IMG/VR virus record: IMGVR_UViG_3300030207_001809
Coordinates: 1 to 30,042 of that record
DNA: 30,042 nt
Source: a virus
Taxonomy: Duplodnaviria > Caudoviricetes
Direction: 5' to 3' (one strand)
Positions 19,132 to 27,610 of this stretch are shown piece by piece. Numbering within the stretch: position 1 is the stretch's first letter; each line of letters begins with the position of its first letter. The notes under the pieces were generated by a model that was given only the letters and a program-made list of their open reading frames with translations, did not search any database and was not told where the DNA came from. A program made the position numbers and the translations under genes.

Positions 19132-19505
19132 GATTTTTTATATATATATTATTGTGGGTAATTCCTTATCAATGTCTGAGCCAATCGTTTATTAACAAAT
19201 CTCAACTCAATGAGGCTCAAAAATCCACTGAGCCTATAGTAGTAGAGTTTTGGGCGGATTGGAACGACAGTAACAAATGTCAATTCTTAGGCAATCTTAA
19301 AGATTGTAGGAAGTACAGAATATGTATAGAGGATTTTCCTGATTTGGCAGAATCTTACAAGATTAGAGTATTACCTACAATAATTATTTTTAATAAAACT
19401 GAGGAGATAAAAAGGTATAAAGGAAATCTCCTTTTTGAATTAGATATTCAAAAACAAGATATACAAGCTATTATAGATAGTATAGTAATCTCAAAATATA
19501 GATAA
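19128..19505 (+). CDS. Secreted thioredoxin-fold protein lacking CxxC
   Basis: Signal peptide …QCLS|Q; VVEFWADWNDSN in place of WCxxC; LA..YKIRVLPTIIIF cis-Pro motif. Confidence 0.75.
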   Translation: MRFFIYILLWVIPYQCLSQSFINKSQLNEAQKSTEPIVVEFWADWNDSNKCQFLGNLKDCRKYRICIEDFPDLAESYKIRVLPTIIIFNKTEEIKRYKGNLLFELDIQKQDIQAIIDSIVISKYR

Positions 19506-19972
19506 TGATTTTATCAAAAAATTTTACACTAAACGAATTTACTAAAAGCGTTACAGCTATAAGAAACAATATAGATAATAGTCCAAGTTCTGAACATATA
19601 AGAAATATACAACTATTAGTAAAATATGTCTTACAGCCACTTAGAGACGCTTTAGGAAAGCCAATTAGAATTACATCAGGCTATCGGTCAGAAAATTTAA
19701 ACAAAATCATAAAGGGAAGTAAAAAAAGTTCCCACATGAAAGGACAGGCGGCGGACTTACAATTCAAAGTAGATGGGGTAATGAAGAATAAAGATATTTG
19801 GGATAAGGTTATAGAATTAGGATTACCTTTTGACCAAATGATAAATGAATTTGATTACTCTTGGATTCATATAAGCTATAATCATGAATATAATAGAAAG
19901 TCATTATTAGAGGCTTATAAAGAAAGTGGAAAAACTAAATATAAATATCATACAATAGAAAAAGGATTATGA
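19505..19972 (+). CDS. Endolysin, peptidase M15A family
   Basis: LSKNFTL.EF, SGYRS, SSH..GQAAD and WIHISY zinc-peptidase motifs. Confidence 0.9.
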   Translation: MILSKNFTLNEFTKSVTAIRNNIDNSPSSEHIRNIQLLVKYVLQPLRDALGKPIRITSGYRSENLNKIIKGSKKSSHMKGQAADLQFKVDGVMKNKDIWDKVIELGLPFDQMINEFDYSWIHISYNHEYNRKSLLEAYKESGKTKYKYHTIEKGL

Positions 19973-20361
19973 AAATACTAAAAACAATATTTGGAGGAGG
20001 AGCTGATAAATTAGTAGAATCTGTAGGAGGTGTATTAGACAATCTAAGTACATCTAAAGAAGAAAAATTAGAGGCTAAAAGAAAGATTAAAGAGCTAATG
20101 GTAAATCATCAAATAGAAGTAGAGAAGAATGTAAGCGAAAGATGGAAAGCAGATATGAATAGTGATAGTTGGTTGTCTAAAAATGTAAGACCTCTTGTAT
20201 TAGTGTTTACTATTGCCTGTACTATGCTACTTGTATTTATAGATAGTGGTAGTATTACCTTTCAGGTAGAGGAAAAATGGACAGATTTACTACAATTAGT
20301 TTTAATAACTATTATTGGAGCTTATTTTGGTGGTAGGTCAGTTGAGAAACTTAAAAAATAA
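19969..20361 (+). CDS. Holin (3TM/GTA-holin-like)
   Basis: RWKADM.SDSWLSKNVRP and GAYFGGRS.EK motifs, hydrophobic helices. Confidence 0.8.
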   Translation: MKILKTIFGGGADKLVESVGGVLDNLSTSKEEKLEAKRKIKELMVNHQIEVEKNVSERWKADMNSDSWLSKNVRPLVLVFTIACTMLLVFIDSGSITFQVEEKWTDLLQLVLITIIGAYFGGRSVEKLKK

Positions 20362-20364
20362 AAT

Positions 20365-21093
20365 TTGAGGAACAATAGGTACAGATTAAAACCTAACGAA
20401 ATTACTATACTAAAGGATATAAGAAAGCCTAAAGTAAATCGGTTGGTAATTGGAGATATACATTTACCCTATACACACCCAAAATATTTAGAACACTGTC
20501 AGCGTATAGCTGAATTATATAATTGTACCGCTTTTTCAGCTACAGGAGATATAATAGATTCACATTTTGGGAGCTTTCACTCTACAAATACTGAAACACA
20601 TGGAGCAAAGTATGAATTAGACATGTGTATAGAACAGATGAAAGATTGGAATAGAGCCTTTAAAAATGTAGATGTTACGATCGGGAATCATGATTTAATT
20701 GTCCATAGGAAATGTGAGGAGGGGGGTATAGATAAAAGATGGATTAGAGATTTTAATGATGTTTTAGGCTGTCCGGGTTGGAATTTTGAAGAAAAATTTG
20801 TACATGATAAAGTCTTATATGTACATGGTACAGGTTGTAGTGGTAAAGCTATAATGAAGCGTGTACAAAATTGGGGTATGTCTATGGTACAAGGGCATAT
20901 ACATACTGAGGCTTTTGCAATATATACAGCCTCTCTTAATGATTTAAAGTATGGCGTACAAGTTCCTTGCGGTATAGATTATAAAAGTTTCGCATATTCT
21001 TACGCTAAATTTCATACCGCTAAACCAATATTAGGCTGTGCTGTTATTTTAGATAATGGTAGATTACCTATAATTTGTCCAATGGAATTATGA
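20365..21093 (+). CDS. Calcineurin-like metallophosphoesterase
   Basis: GDIH, GDIID, GNHD, HG and GHIH motifs; TTG start. Confidence 0.85.
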   Translation: MRNNRYRLKPNEITILKDIRKPKVNRLVIGDIHLPYTHPKYLEHCQRIAELYNCTAFSATGDIIDSHFGSFHSTNTETHGAKYELDMCIEQMKDWNRAFKNVDVTIGNHDLIVHRKCEEGGIDKRWIRDFNDVLGCPGWNFEEKFVHDKVLYVHGTGCSGKAIMKRVQNWGMSMVQGHIHTEAFAIYTASLNDLKYGVQVPCGIDYKSFAYSYAKFHTAKPILGCAVILDNGRLPIICPMEL

Positions 21094-21141
21094 TATTAAC
21101 AATCTATCGTTAATAAACTTTCTTAATATTTATTAAATTAT

Positions 21142-21172
21142 TTTGTCATTTATAAAAAAAGTATTATATTTG
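21142..21172 (+). promoter_or_regulatory. Bacteroidota primary-sigma promoter (early)
   Basis: TTTG (21142-45), 19-nt spacer, TATATTTG (21165-72): exact match to the -33/-7 consensus. Confidence 0.8.
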
Positions 21173-21241
21173 TTTCATACAACCTAAAAATGTAACAAGT
21201 AATTAAGGTTGGTTACTTAACTAAAAATTAAACTAAAAGAG

Positions 21242-21427
21242 ATGAAAAAAATAAATATAGACTTATCACAAAAAGAAATTAAAAGATTAAAGAATATGAT
21301 TGAAGAACACTATGCTTGTCAACCGTATGATGAAAATAATATTGATTCAATTTTATATCACAAATTAAATTTTATAACTCGCTTTAAATGTGATTCAAGT
21401 ATTATCAATTTATCATTAGAAAAATAA
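21242..21427 (+). CDS. Early hypothetical protein
   Basis: 61 aa, first ORF after the host-type promoter. Confidence 0.65.
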   Translation: MKKINIDLSQKEIKRLKNMIEEHYACQPYDENNIDSILYHKLNFITRFKCDSSIINLSLEK

Positions 21428-21451
21428 TATTAACTAAAAACTAAAAGAGAA

Positions 21452-21706
21452 ATGAAATTAAAAGTAATATCAATAAAATACAATAAAACAAGGAGAGGTA
21501 TATCTTATATAGCTAAAACTAATGTAAAAGGTGTAGAAATAATTAATGATGGTATGGGGGGAGAAACTTTTTTAGATGGAGAATGGAGTAAAGTTAAACC
21601 TTATTATAATATAGATGAATGTGAATTAGAATCATTAATAAATGATTTTGAGATGGTGGGTAATGAGTTTGATGAGCTAAATATGGCTTATAGAATGTAT
21701 AAATAA
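21452..21706 (+). CDS. Early hypothetical protein
   Basis: 84 aa with an NDG.GG.T motif. Confidence 0.7.
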   Translation: MKLKVISIKYNKTRRGISYIAKTNVKGVEIINDGMGGETFLDGEWSKVKPYYNIDECELESLINDFEMVGNEFDELNMAYRMYK

Positions 21707-21712
21707 AATAAC

Positions 21713-21737
21713 AAGGGGGTGGGATTCCCCCTTTTTT
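21713..21737 (+). terminator. Intrinsic terminator
   Basis: AAGGGGG-tgggatt-CCCCCTT-TTTT. Confidence 0.8.
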
Positions 21738-21748
21738 AATATAAAAAA

Positions 21749-22204
21749 ATGAAAAATATTAATAAAATGTTAAATGATATGAAAAAACAATTAACACAAT
21801 TACAAGATGAACGAAGTGAGTTTGATAGGTATATGGAAGAATATAGAAGAAAATCAGCTCGTTCAAAAGAACTAAGTAAGCCTGAATTTTACGATACAAT
21901 TAAAGCTAAATGGAGAATAGATTATATTGAGTATGTAGGTAGAGTTATTGAGGTAGCAAAAGACCATATTACAGGAGATAACTTTAGCGATTTGCCAAGT
22001 AGTAGCTATGAGAGTTCTATATTTACAGGTACTAAAAAAGAATTTGATGATATGATGAGCGTTTTATATACAAAGCCACACAATCAAATTAAAATAATAG
22101 GTACTTCTTTTTATGAGGATATAGTACAAGGAGCTTATGGAGAGGATATAGACCATAATGAAGTTATGAGAGAGTATGAGGATTATTTAAAATCGAAAGA
22201 GTAA
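21749..22204 (+). CDS. Hypothetical protein
   Basis: 151 aa ORF with an N-terminal coiled coil. Confidence 0.7.
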   Translation: MKNINKMLNDMKKQLTQLQDERSEFDRYMEEYRRKSARSKELSKPEFYDTIKAKWRIDYIEYVGRVIEVAKDHITGDNFSDLPSSSYESSIFTGTKKEFDDMMSVLYTKPHNQIKIIGTSFYEDIVQGAYGEDIDHNEVMREYEDYLKSKE

Positions 22205-22392
22205 TGGCTGTAAAATATATAGAAACACAAGAGCTAACTACTTTCGCTTGTAGTGGCGAAGATACCCATATAGGAGGGTATGATGATAATGGTAACGAGG
22301 TAATAATTAAAGTAAACACCTATCAATTATTACATACTTTAGATATTCCTTATATGAAAAATCAATTAACTAAATACATTAAAGAAAAATGA
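22204..22392 (+). CDS. Hypothetical protein
   Basis: 62 aa, translationally coupled on both sides. Confidence 0.65.
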   Translation: MAVKYIETQELTTFACSGEDTHIGGYDDNGNEVIIKVNTYQLLHTLDIPYMKNQLTKYIKEK

Positions 22393-22784
22393 TAAATACA
22401 TTTGAAGAATACACATTTGAGCTTACAGAATACGAGAGGGAAACTTTACAACCTATAATAATAAAAGGCTTAAAAGCGAGGATCGGTAAAGAAAACTCAA
22501 TAACTAATAAGAAAATATGTAAAGCTCTTAAAGATTTAAGGCACGATATTACAGAGCCAAGATTAAGAAAAATAATACATAATATAAGGGCAAATAATAT
22601 TATACCTTTATTATTATCTACTTCTAAAGGTTATTTTGTTGCGAAAGATAATAAAGAAGTAGAGGATTGGATTAAGTCTATGGAGCAAAGAATTAACTCT
22701 CAAAAGCAAATATTAAACGCTATAAAGAATCAGAAATATAAAAAAGCAACTACTCCAGCTCCTACTACTTTATTTTGGGATTAG
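22389..22784 (+). CDS. Putative winged-helix DNA-binding protein
   Basis: ITNKKIC…ITEPRLRKIIHNIR…STSKGYF pattern. Confidence 0.55.
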   Translation: MINTFEEYTFELTEYERETLQPIIIKGLKARIGKENSITNKKICKALKDLRHDITEPRLRKIIHNIRANNIIPLLLSTSKGYFVAKDNKEVEDWIKSMEQRINSQKQILNAIKNQKYKKATTPAPTTLFWD

Positions 22785-22795
22785 GATAATAAAGT

Positions 22796-22821
22796 AAACG
22801 ATTTGTAAAAAAATATATATA
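22796..22821 (+). promoter_or_regulatory. Putative phage-sigma promoter copy (AAACGAT-N11-TATATATA)
   Basis: Motif upstream of the replication/sigma operon. Confidence 0.65.
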
Positions 22822-22840
22822 TTTATAAAAAATAATTGTT

Positions 22841-23050
22841 ATGGATAATGTAAATTTAAATAAATTGGCTCACACTTTAGCTATTGAGGATTGTAAAAGA
22901 ATGTATGGAGATGAGGCTATGTACAAAATAAATTATGATGAGTTTTGTGGATTAGTTTTAAAAACTCCTGTAAAAAAGACTTATAATAAATTATACGATC
23001 GGTATTATTTAACTTTAAATAAATTAAAAAATGATAAAAATGAGATATAA
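22841..23050 (+). CDS. Hypothetical protein
   Basis: 69 aa ORF after the promoter motif. Confidence 0.65.
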   Translation: MDNVNLNKLAHTLAIEDCKRMYGDEAMYKINYDEFCGLVLKTPVKKTYNKLYDRYYLTLNKLKNDKNEI

Positions 23051-23267
23051 AGTACTAAACACTACTCAAACTGTGAGAGAATCTATATATAGAATTATGC
23101 ACAGAAAAAAAATTACTAAAAAAGTAATAGAGAAAAAAATGGGTTGTTCTTACCCAACGATATTATGTAAAATTGAGAATCCGGGAAATTTTAAATTTTC
23201 TGAATTATTAGAGCTATGTAATATTTTAGATGAGGACTTTAACGATTTACTAATTAAAATTAAATAA
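23031..23267 (+). CDS. Cro/XRE-like helix-turn-helix protein
   Basis: ITKKVIEKKMGCSYPTILCKIENPGNFKFSELLELCNIL. Confidence 0.7.
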   Translation: MIKMRYKVLNTTQTVRESIYRIMHRKKITKKVIEKKMGCSYPTILCKIENPGNFKFSELLELCNILDEDFNDLLIKIK

Positions 23268-23271
23268 CAAA

Positions 23272-23652
23272 ATGAAAAAATCAAAATTAACTAATATACA
23301 AGCTAATGGTAATTGGAAAGACTTTTATAAATTTGATGTAGAGTTTGAAGATGGTACGATCGGTACTATTTTTAAAAAAAGCTCAGAACATAGATTAGAA
23401 ATAGGTAAAGAATATAACTATTCTAAGAATGAGAAAGGCTCTATTAAAATTATTCCAGAGGGTGGTGTTTATACTACTAACTATACAAATAATGATGAAA
23501 GGCAAAAGTATATCATTAGGCAAAGTATGTTAAAAGCGGCTGTAGATTTTCACTCTGGCTCAAGCTGTACTACTGCTCAAGTTATAGGAACAGCCGAAGA
23601 ATTTGAGGAGTGGGTTTTAAATAAAAAGAAACCTGTAGAAGTACCTTTTTAA
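23272..23652 (+). CDS. Putative single-stranded DNA-binding protein
   Basis: OB-like beta N-terminus, IIRQSMLKAAV helix, C-terminal EVPF tail. Confidence 0.5.
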   Translation: MKKSKLTNIQANGNWKDFYKFDVEFEDGTIGTIFKKSSEHRLEIGKEYNYSKNEKGSIKIIPEGGVYTTNYTNNDERQKYIIRQSMLKAAVDFHSGSSCTTAQVIGTAEEFEEWVLNKKKPVEVPF

Positions 23653-23720
23653 CATTAGTATGTTAATAACTAAAGACTAATAAATAAAACATTTAAAATT
23701 AAAATACTATAAATTAGCAC

Positions 23721-24509
23721 ATGTCAAAATCTATTTTAGCCTCTACACCCTTTCTTATATTAAACAAATCTCTTTTAGTTAATTATGGTATAGAGGCTAA
23801 TGTAGTTTTATCTCATCTTTACCAACAACAAAAATATTTTAAAGAAAATAATAAATTAATAAGTGGTATGTTTTTCTGTACCACTAAAAATATAAGCTGT
23901 TCTACTACCCTTTCCTATCATCAGATTAGTAAGGCTATAGCTACTCTTACTAACGGGGGTATAATTAAAGTGGTAAGAAAGGGAGTACCAGCTAAATTAC
24001 ATTTTCAAATAGACGAATCCCAGATATTAAAAATTTTAAAATCAAGTAATGAAAAATCTTTAATACAAGATTGCGAAAATTTCTATGACAAGATGTTAAA
24101 AGATTCTACAACTATTAATAATAATAAAGAAATAAGAATAAAGAATAATAATAATATATCCCCAAAAGATAAATTTTTAAATGATTTAAAAACATTAGAG
24201 CCTAAAAACTTTATAGAAGATTTTTTAGATTATTGGACAGAGGAAAATTCTAAAGGGAAAATGAGATGGGAATTAGAGAAAACTTGGAATACTTCTTTAA
24301 GATATAAAAGATGGGTTAGGAATAATGCTAAATTTGAAAAAAGTAAAAGTACCGATCCTAATTTTCCTGATTATTATGATGTTCATTTTGCTAAAAGGTT
24401 AGAGCAAGACCACACAGCTCTAAGAAGTTACTACAAACATTTAGAGAGCTTAGGCTATGAGAAAAAAGTAAATAGTTATGATGGGAAAATTAAATGGATT
24501 AGAAGATGA
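23721..24509 (+). CDS. Replication initiator protein
   Basis: N-terminal wHTH (…KGVPAKLHF), Asn/Lys linker, FLDYWTE…KMRWELEKTW…RW domain. Confidence 0.7.
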   Translation: MSKSILASTPFLILNKSLLVNYGIEANVVLSHLYQQQKYFKENNKLISGMFFCTTKNISCSTTLSYHQISKAIATLTNGGIIKVVRKGVPAKLHFQIDESQILKILKSSNEKSLIQDCENFYDKMLKDSTTINNNKEIRIKNNNNISPKDKFLNDLKTLEPKNFIEDFLDYWTEENSKGKMRWELEKTWNTSLRYKRWVRNNAKFEKSKSTDPNFPDYYDVHFAKRLEQDHTALRSYYKHLESLGYEKKVNSYDGKIKWIRR

Positions 24510-24649
24510 ATATAATAGTATCAATAATATGGAATGGATTACTAATAGGCATAAGACATTATGAGCCTGATAAAAACCACCCATACTTTGAGATGAGAAT
24601 ATATTTACTATTAATACAATTAACAATATTTATAGATAGAAGAAAATGA
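24506..24649 (+). CDS. Small hydrophobic protein (47 aa)
   Basis: MNIIVSIIWNGLLIGIRHYEP…; ATGA overlaps at both ends. Confidence 0.65.
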   Translation: MNIIVSIIWNGLLIGIRHYEPDKNHPYFEMRIYLLLIQLTIFIDRRK

Positions 24650-24996
24650 AAGAAGTAGATTTACAAAATTCAGTAGTAGCATATTTAGAGCGTACTAAAA
24701 TGTTATTTACTTGCACACTTGGGGGATTGTTTTTAGGTAAAACTAATTGGAAACAAAAAAGCATACTAAAAAGACAATACAAAAAAGGAATACCAGATGT
24801 ATTAATTTTTGAGCCATCATATTATAATAAATATAATGGATTAATGATTGAGCTAAAAATAAAAGGAAACTACCCAACAGAATCACAAAAAGAATGGATA
24901 GCTAAATTAAATGCAAGAGGATATAAAGCTGTGATATGTTATACCTTAGATGAGGTAATAGATGTTATAAAAGATTATAAAAATGAGACCATTTAG
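24646..24996 (+). CDS. VRR-NUC family nuclease (PD-(D/E)xK)
   Basis: E..LQ, GIPD, IELK and PT..QKEW motifs. Confidence 0.85.
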   Translation: MKEVDLQNSVVAYLERTKMLFTCTLGGLFLGKTNWKQKSILKRQYKKGIPDVLIFEPSYYNKYNGLMIELKIKGNYPTESQKEWIAKLNARGYKAVICYTLDEVIDVIKDYKNETI

Positions 24997-25261
24997 ATTC
25001 TATAAAAACATAAGAAAGCCTAACCATACTATACATACTCACTGCTTTGTATTTTTTGTAGATGATGGGTTTAATGAAAAAACTTATATACTTAGAGATA
25101 TATATACAGATTTTGAGGATATGGATTACGAACATTATATAGATTTAAAAGTAATGGATTTAAGAAAAAAGTATAGAAATAATGTAAAAATAGAGGGTAG
25201 TAAATTAGGGATTTGGGAGTACGAAAAACTACTAAAACTTGGAGTACCTAAATTGTGTTAA
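24983..25261 (+). CDS. Hypothetical protein
   Basis: 92 aa, overlapping its neighbours. Confidence 0.6.
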   Translation: MRPFRFYKNIRKPNHTIHTHCFVFFVDDGFNEKTYILRDIYTDFEDMDYEHYIDLKVMDLRKKYRNNVKIEGSKLGIWEYEKLLKLGVPKLC

Positions 25262-25791
25262 TATTAAACAAATATATAAACAAAAACTATGCCAACTTAT
25301 TATTAATAAGTAAAAAGATTACATCTAATAAGATACCAGATTATGAGGATTTGTTGCATGAAGTTATATTAGATTTATATAATAAGGATCGGGATTTAAT
25401 AATGGGATTAATAGATAGAGAGGAGTTAGCTTATTATATAGTTAGAATGATGGTTAATCAATATCACTCATCTACCTCTCCTTTTTTTAATAAGTATAAA
25501 AAATATTATAGTATAAATAAACAATATTTAAAAGAATATATATTTAATAATAAAGATTGGAGGATAGATGGTAAAAGTATTGAACAATTAGAGATAAATG
25601 AAAGTAGGTTAAAATGGATAGAAGAAAAAAGTAAAAACCTTAGTTGGTTTGATTATTCTATTTTTAAAATATACTTTTATGAGAAACATAGCCTATCCTC
25701 TATGGAGAGAGCTACAAAGATTAACCGCAATACTTTAGGTAAATCAATAAGAACAGTAAAAAAATATTTAAAAAAAATAATAAATGATTGA
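25255..25791 (+). CDS. Phage RNA polymerase sigma-70/ECF-like factor
   Basis: Region 2-like EDLLHEVILDLY…YIVRMMVN; region 4-like HTH SLSSMERATKINRNTLGKSI; GTG start. Confidence 0.7.
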   Translation: MLILNKYINKNYANLLLISKKITSNKIPDYEDLLHEVILDLYNKDRDLIMGLIDREELAYYIVRMMVNQYHSSTSPFFNKYKKYYSINKQYLKEYIFNNKDWRIDGKSIEQLEINESRLKWIEEKSKNLSWFDYSIFKIYFYEKHSLSSMERATKINRNTLGKSIRTVKKYLKKIIND

Positions 25792-25909
25792 ATTTTTAAA
25801 ACACTTATTTGGCTTATGTGGAGAAAGCCATATAAATATATTTACATTATTAGTAATATCTCCTTTAATTATTTACTTAACCTATAAAATAATAAGATAT
25901 GTCAGATAA
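25784..25909 (+). CDS. Small membrane protein (41 aa, H-x4-CGE-x-H)
   Basis: MIEFLKHLFGLCGESHINIFTLLVISPLIIYLTYKIIRYVR; fills the gap with overlaps. Confidence 0.65.
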   Translation: MIEFLKHLFGLCGESHINIFTLLVISPLIIYLTYKIIRYVR

Positions 25910-26270
25910 ATCAAAAGGTATTGGAGATGATATAGCCAAACTAACTAAGGCTACAGGTCTTGATAAATTAGCTAAAAAAGTATTAGGAGATGATTGTGGC
26001 TGTGATGAGCGTAGAAAACAGCTTAATCAATTATTCCCAAGATTTAAAAACATAAGGCAATTTACAGAAGATGAGATTAAGATATATGAAGAAGTATTCC
26101 CATTAAAAAGTAATGGAGTTTTAACACCGGGAGAGAGGACAGTAATATCAGCTTTATATCATAGCGTATTTGGTAGTCCTCCTGAGTGGAGTAGTTGTAG
26201 TCCTTGTAATAAAAAAGTGTTAAGTAACTTAAAAAAAGTATATGATAAATCTTGTAAAATAGATGATTAG
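25899..26270 (+). CDS. Conserved-looking Cys-motif phage protein
   Basis: GIGD.IAK.TKATG, DCGCDERR and CSPC motifs. Confidence 0.7.
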   Translation: MSDKSKGIGDDIAKLTKATGLDKLAKKVLGDDCGCDERRKQLNQLFPRFKNIRQFTEDEIKIYEEVFPLKSNGVLTPGERTVISALYHSVFGSPPEWSSCSPCNKKVLSNLKKVYDKSCKIDD

Positions 26271-27336
26271 TATAGGTACAGATTTTAGTGGTATAGGAAG
26301 TCCTGAACAGGCTTTAATAAAATTAGGCGTAGAGCATGAAAGTAAATTCGCTTGTGATTATGATAAGTTTGCTAAACAAAGCTACTTAGCTAATTATAAA
26401 CCGGATATATTTTATGATGATATAACTAAAAGGAATCATAAACAAACGCCTTATGTAGATTTATATGTAGCAGGATTCCCATGTCAAGCGTTTAGTATGG
26501 CTGGTAAAAGAGAGGGTTTTGATGATACGAGAGGTACTTTATTTTTTGATTTACTACAATACTTAAATGAGCAGAAACCCAAGTACTTTATTTTAGAAAA
26601 TGTTGTAGGTTTGCTATCTCACGATCGGGGTAGGACTTTCCAAACTATTTTAGATTGTTTAGCTAAAACAGTAAATAAACAATATTTTTTAACTCCACCT
26701 GAGAACTTGGGTTATCATATTTATTATAAAGTTTTAAATACTAAAGATTATGGAATACCTCAAAATAGAGAAAGGATATTTATAGTAGGTTTTAGAGAAG
26801 ATAAACACTCTTTTAAGTTTCCTAAAAAAATGCCATTAAAAATATCTCTTGCTGGTGTATTAGAAAAAGAGGTAGATGATAAATACTTCCTAAGTGATAC
26901 TATGGTAAAGGGAATAGCTAAAAGTAATTTTAAAGAGCGAAAGCCTTTAGATACAACGGGTATATGCTCTACTTTAAAAATAGGAGGAGATGTACCATGT
27001 TTTGATGTTAAGGGTGGCTCAATGCAGCCATATCCAAGAGATTATAAACAAAAGAAAGTAAAAAGACAGCTAAGGTTTGAAGCCAGAAATGATATATTAG
27101 CTAATTGTGTTTTAACTGATTCTAATAGTAGTTTAGTAAAAAAAAATAAAAGAATAAGAAAATTAACGCCTTTAGAATGTTTAAGGCTACAAGGCTTTCC
27201 TGATTCTTTTTATGATAAATGCAAAGAAGATGGATTAAGCGATACACAATTATACAAACAAGCTGGGAACTCTATGACAGTAGATGTTATGGCTTATTTA
27301 ATAAAAGAGATATTAGTAAATGAAAAATCACACTAA
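26263..27336 (+). CDS. DNA (cytosine-5) methyltransferase
   Basis: FSGIG, GFPCQ, ENV, Q.RERIF and YKQAGNS motifs. Confidence 0.95.
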   Translation: MISIGTDFSGIGSPEQALIKLGVEHESKFACDYDKFAKQSYLANYKPDIFYDDITKRNHKQTPYVDLYVAGFPCQAFSMAGKREGFDDTRGTLFFDLLQYLNEQKPKYFILENVVGLLSHDRGRTFQTILDCLAKTVNKQYFLTPPENLGYHIYYKVLNTKDYGIPQNRERIFIVGFREDKHSFKFPKKMPLKISLAGVLEKEVDDKYFLSDTMVKGIAKSNFKERKPLDTTGICSTLKIGGDVPCFDVKGGSMQPYPRDYKQKKVKRQLRFEARNDILANCVLTDSNSSLVKKNKRIRKLTPLECLRLQGFPDSFYDKCKEDGLSDTQLYKQAGNSMTVDVMAYLIKEILVNEKSH

Positions 27337-27610
27337 AGTATATATGACTTTTTTTTACTTAGATGAAAGCGATTTTATAGGCTGTGAGATGTGCGGTAGT
27401 GAAGCTACTGACATACATCACATTTTAAGGCGTGGTATTGGGGGTAGTAAATGTAAAGACTACATAGAAAATTTATCCGCCCTTTGTAGAGATTGTCATA
27501 ATATGGCTGAAACAAATAAAGAATTTAATGTATATGTAAGAATAAGGCATTTAGAATTAATTAATAAATATTTATATGAAAATCACATTAGTAAAAATAA
27601 ACACTCTTAA
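27320..27610 (+). CDS. HNH endonuclease
   Basis: CEMC, DIHH and NL..LCRDCH motifs. Confidence 0.85.
   Translation: MKNHTKVYMTFFYLDESDFIGCEMCGSEATDIHHILRRGIGGSKCKDYIENLSALCRDCHNMAETNKEFNVYVRIRHLELINKYLYENHISKNKHS

Noticed and set aside
2805-26627. CGATCG (PvuI/HIP1-core) as the explanation of the GATC pattern
   Set aside because: Only 6 of the 20 GATC sites are CGATCG, whereas all 20 fit GATCGG/CCGATC
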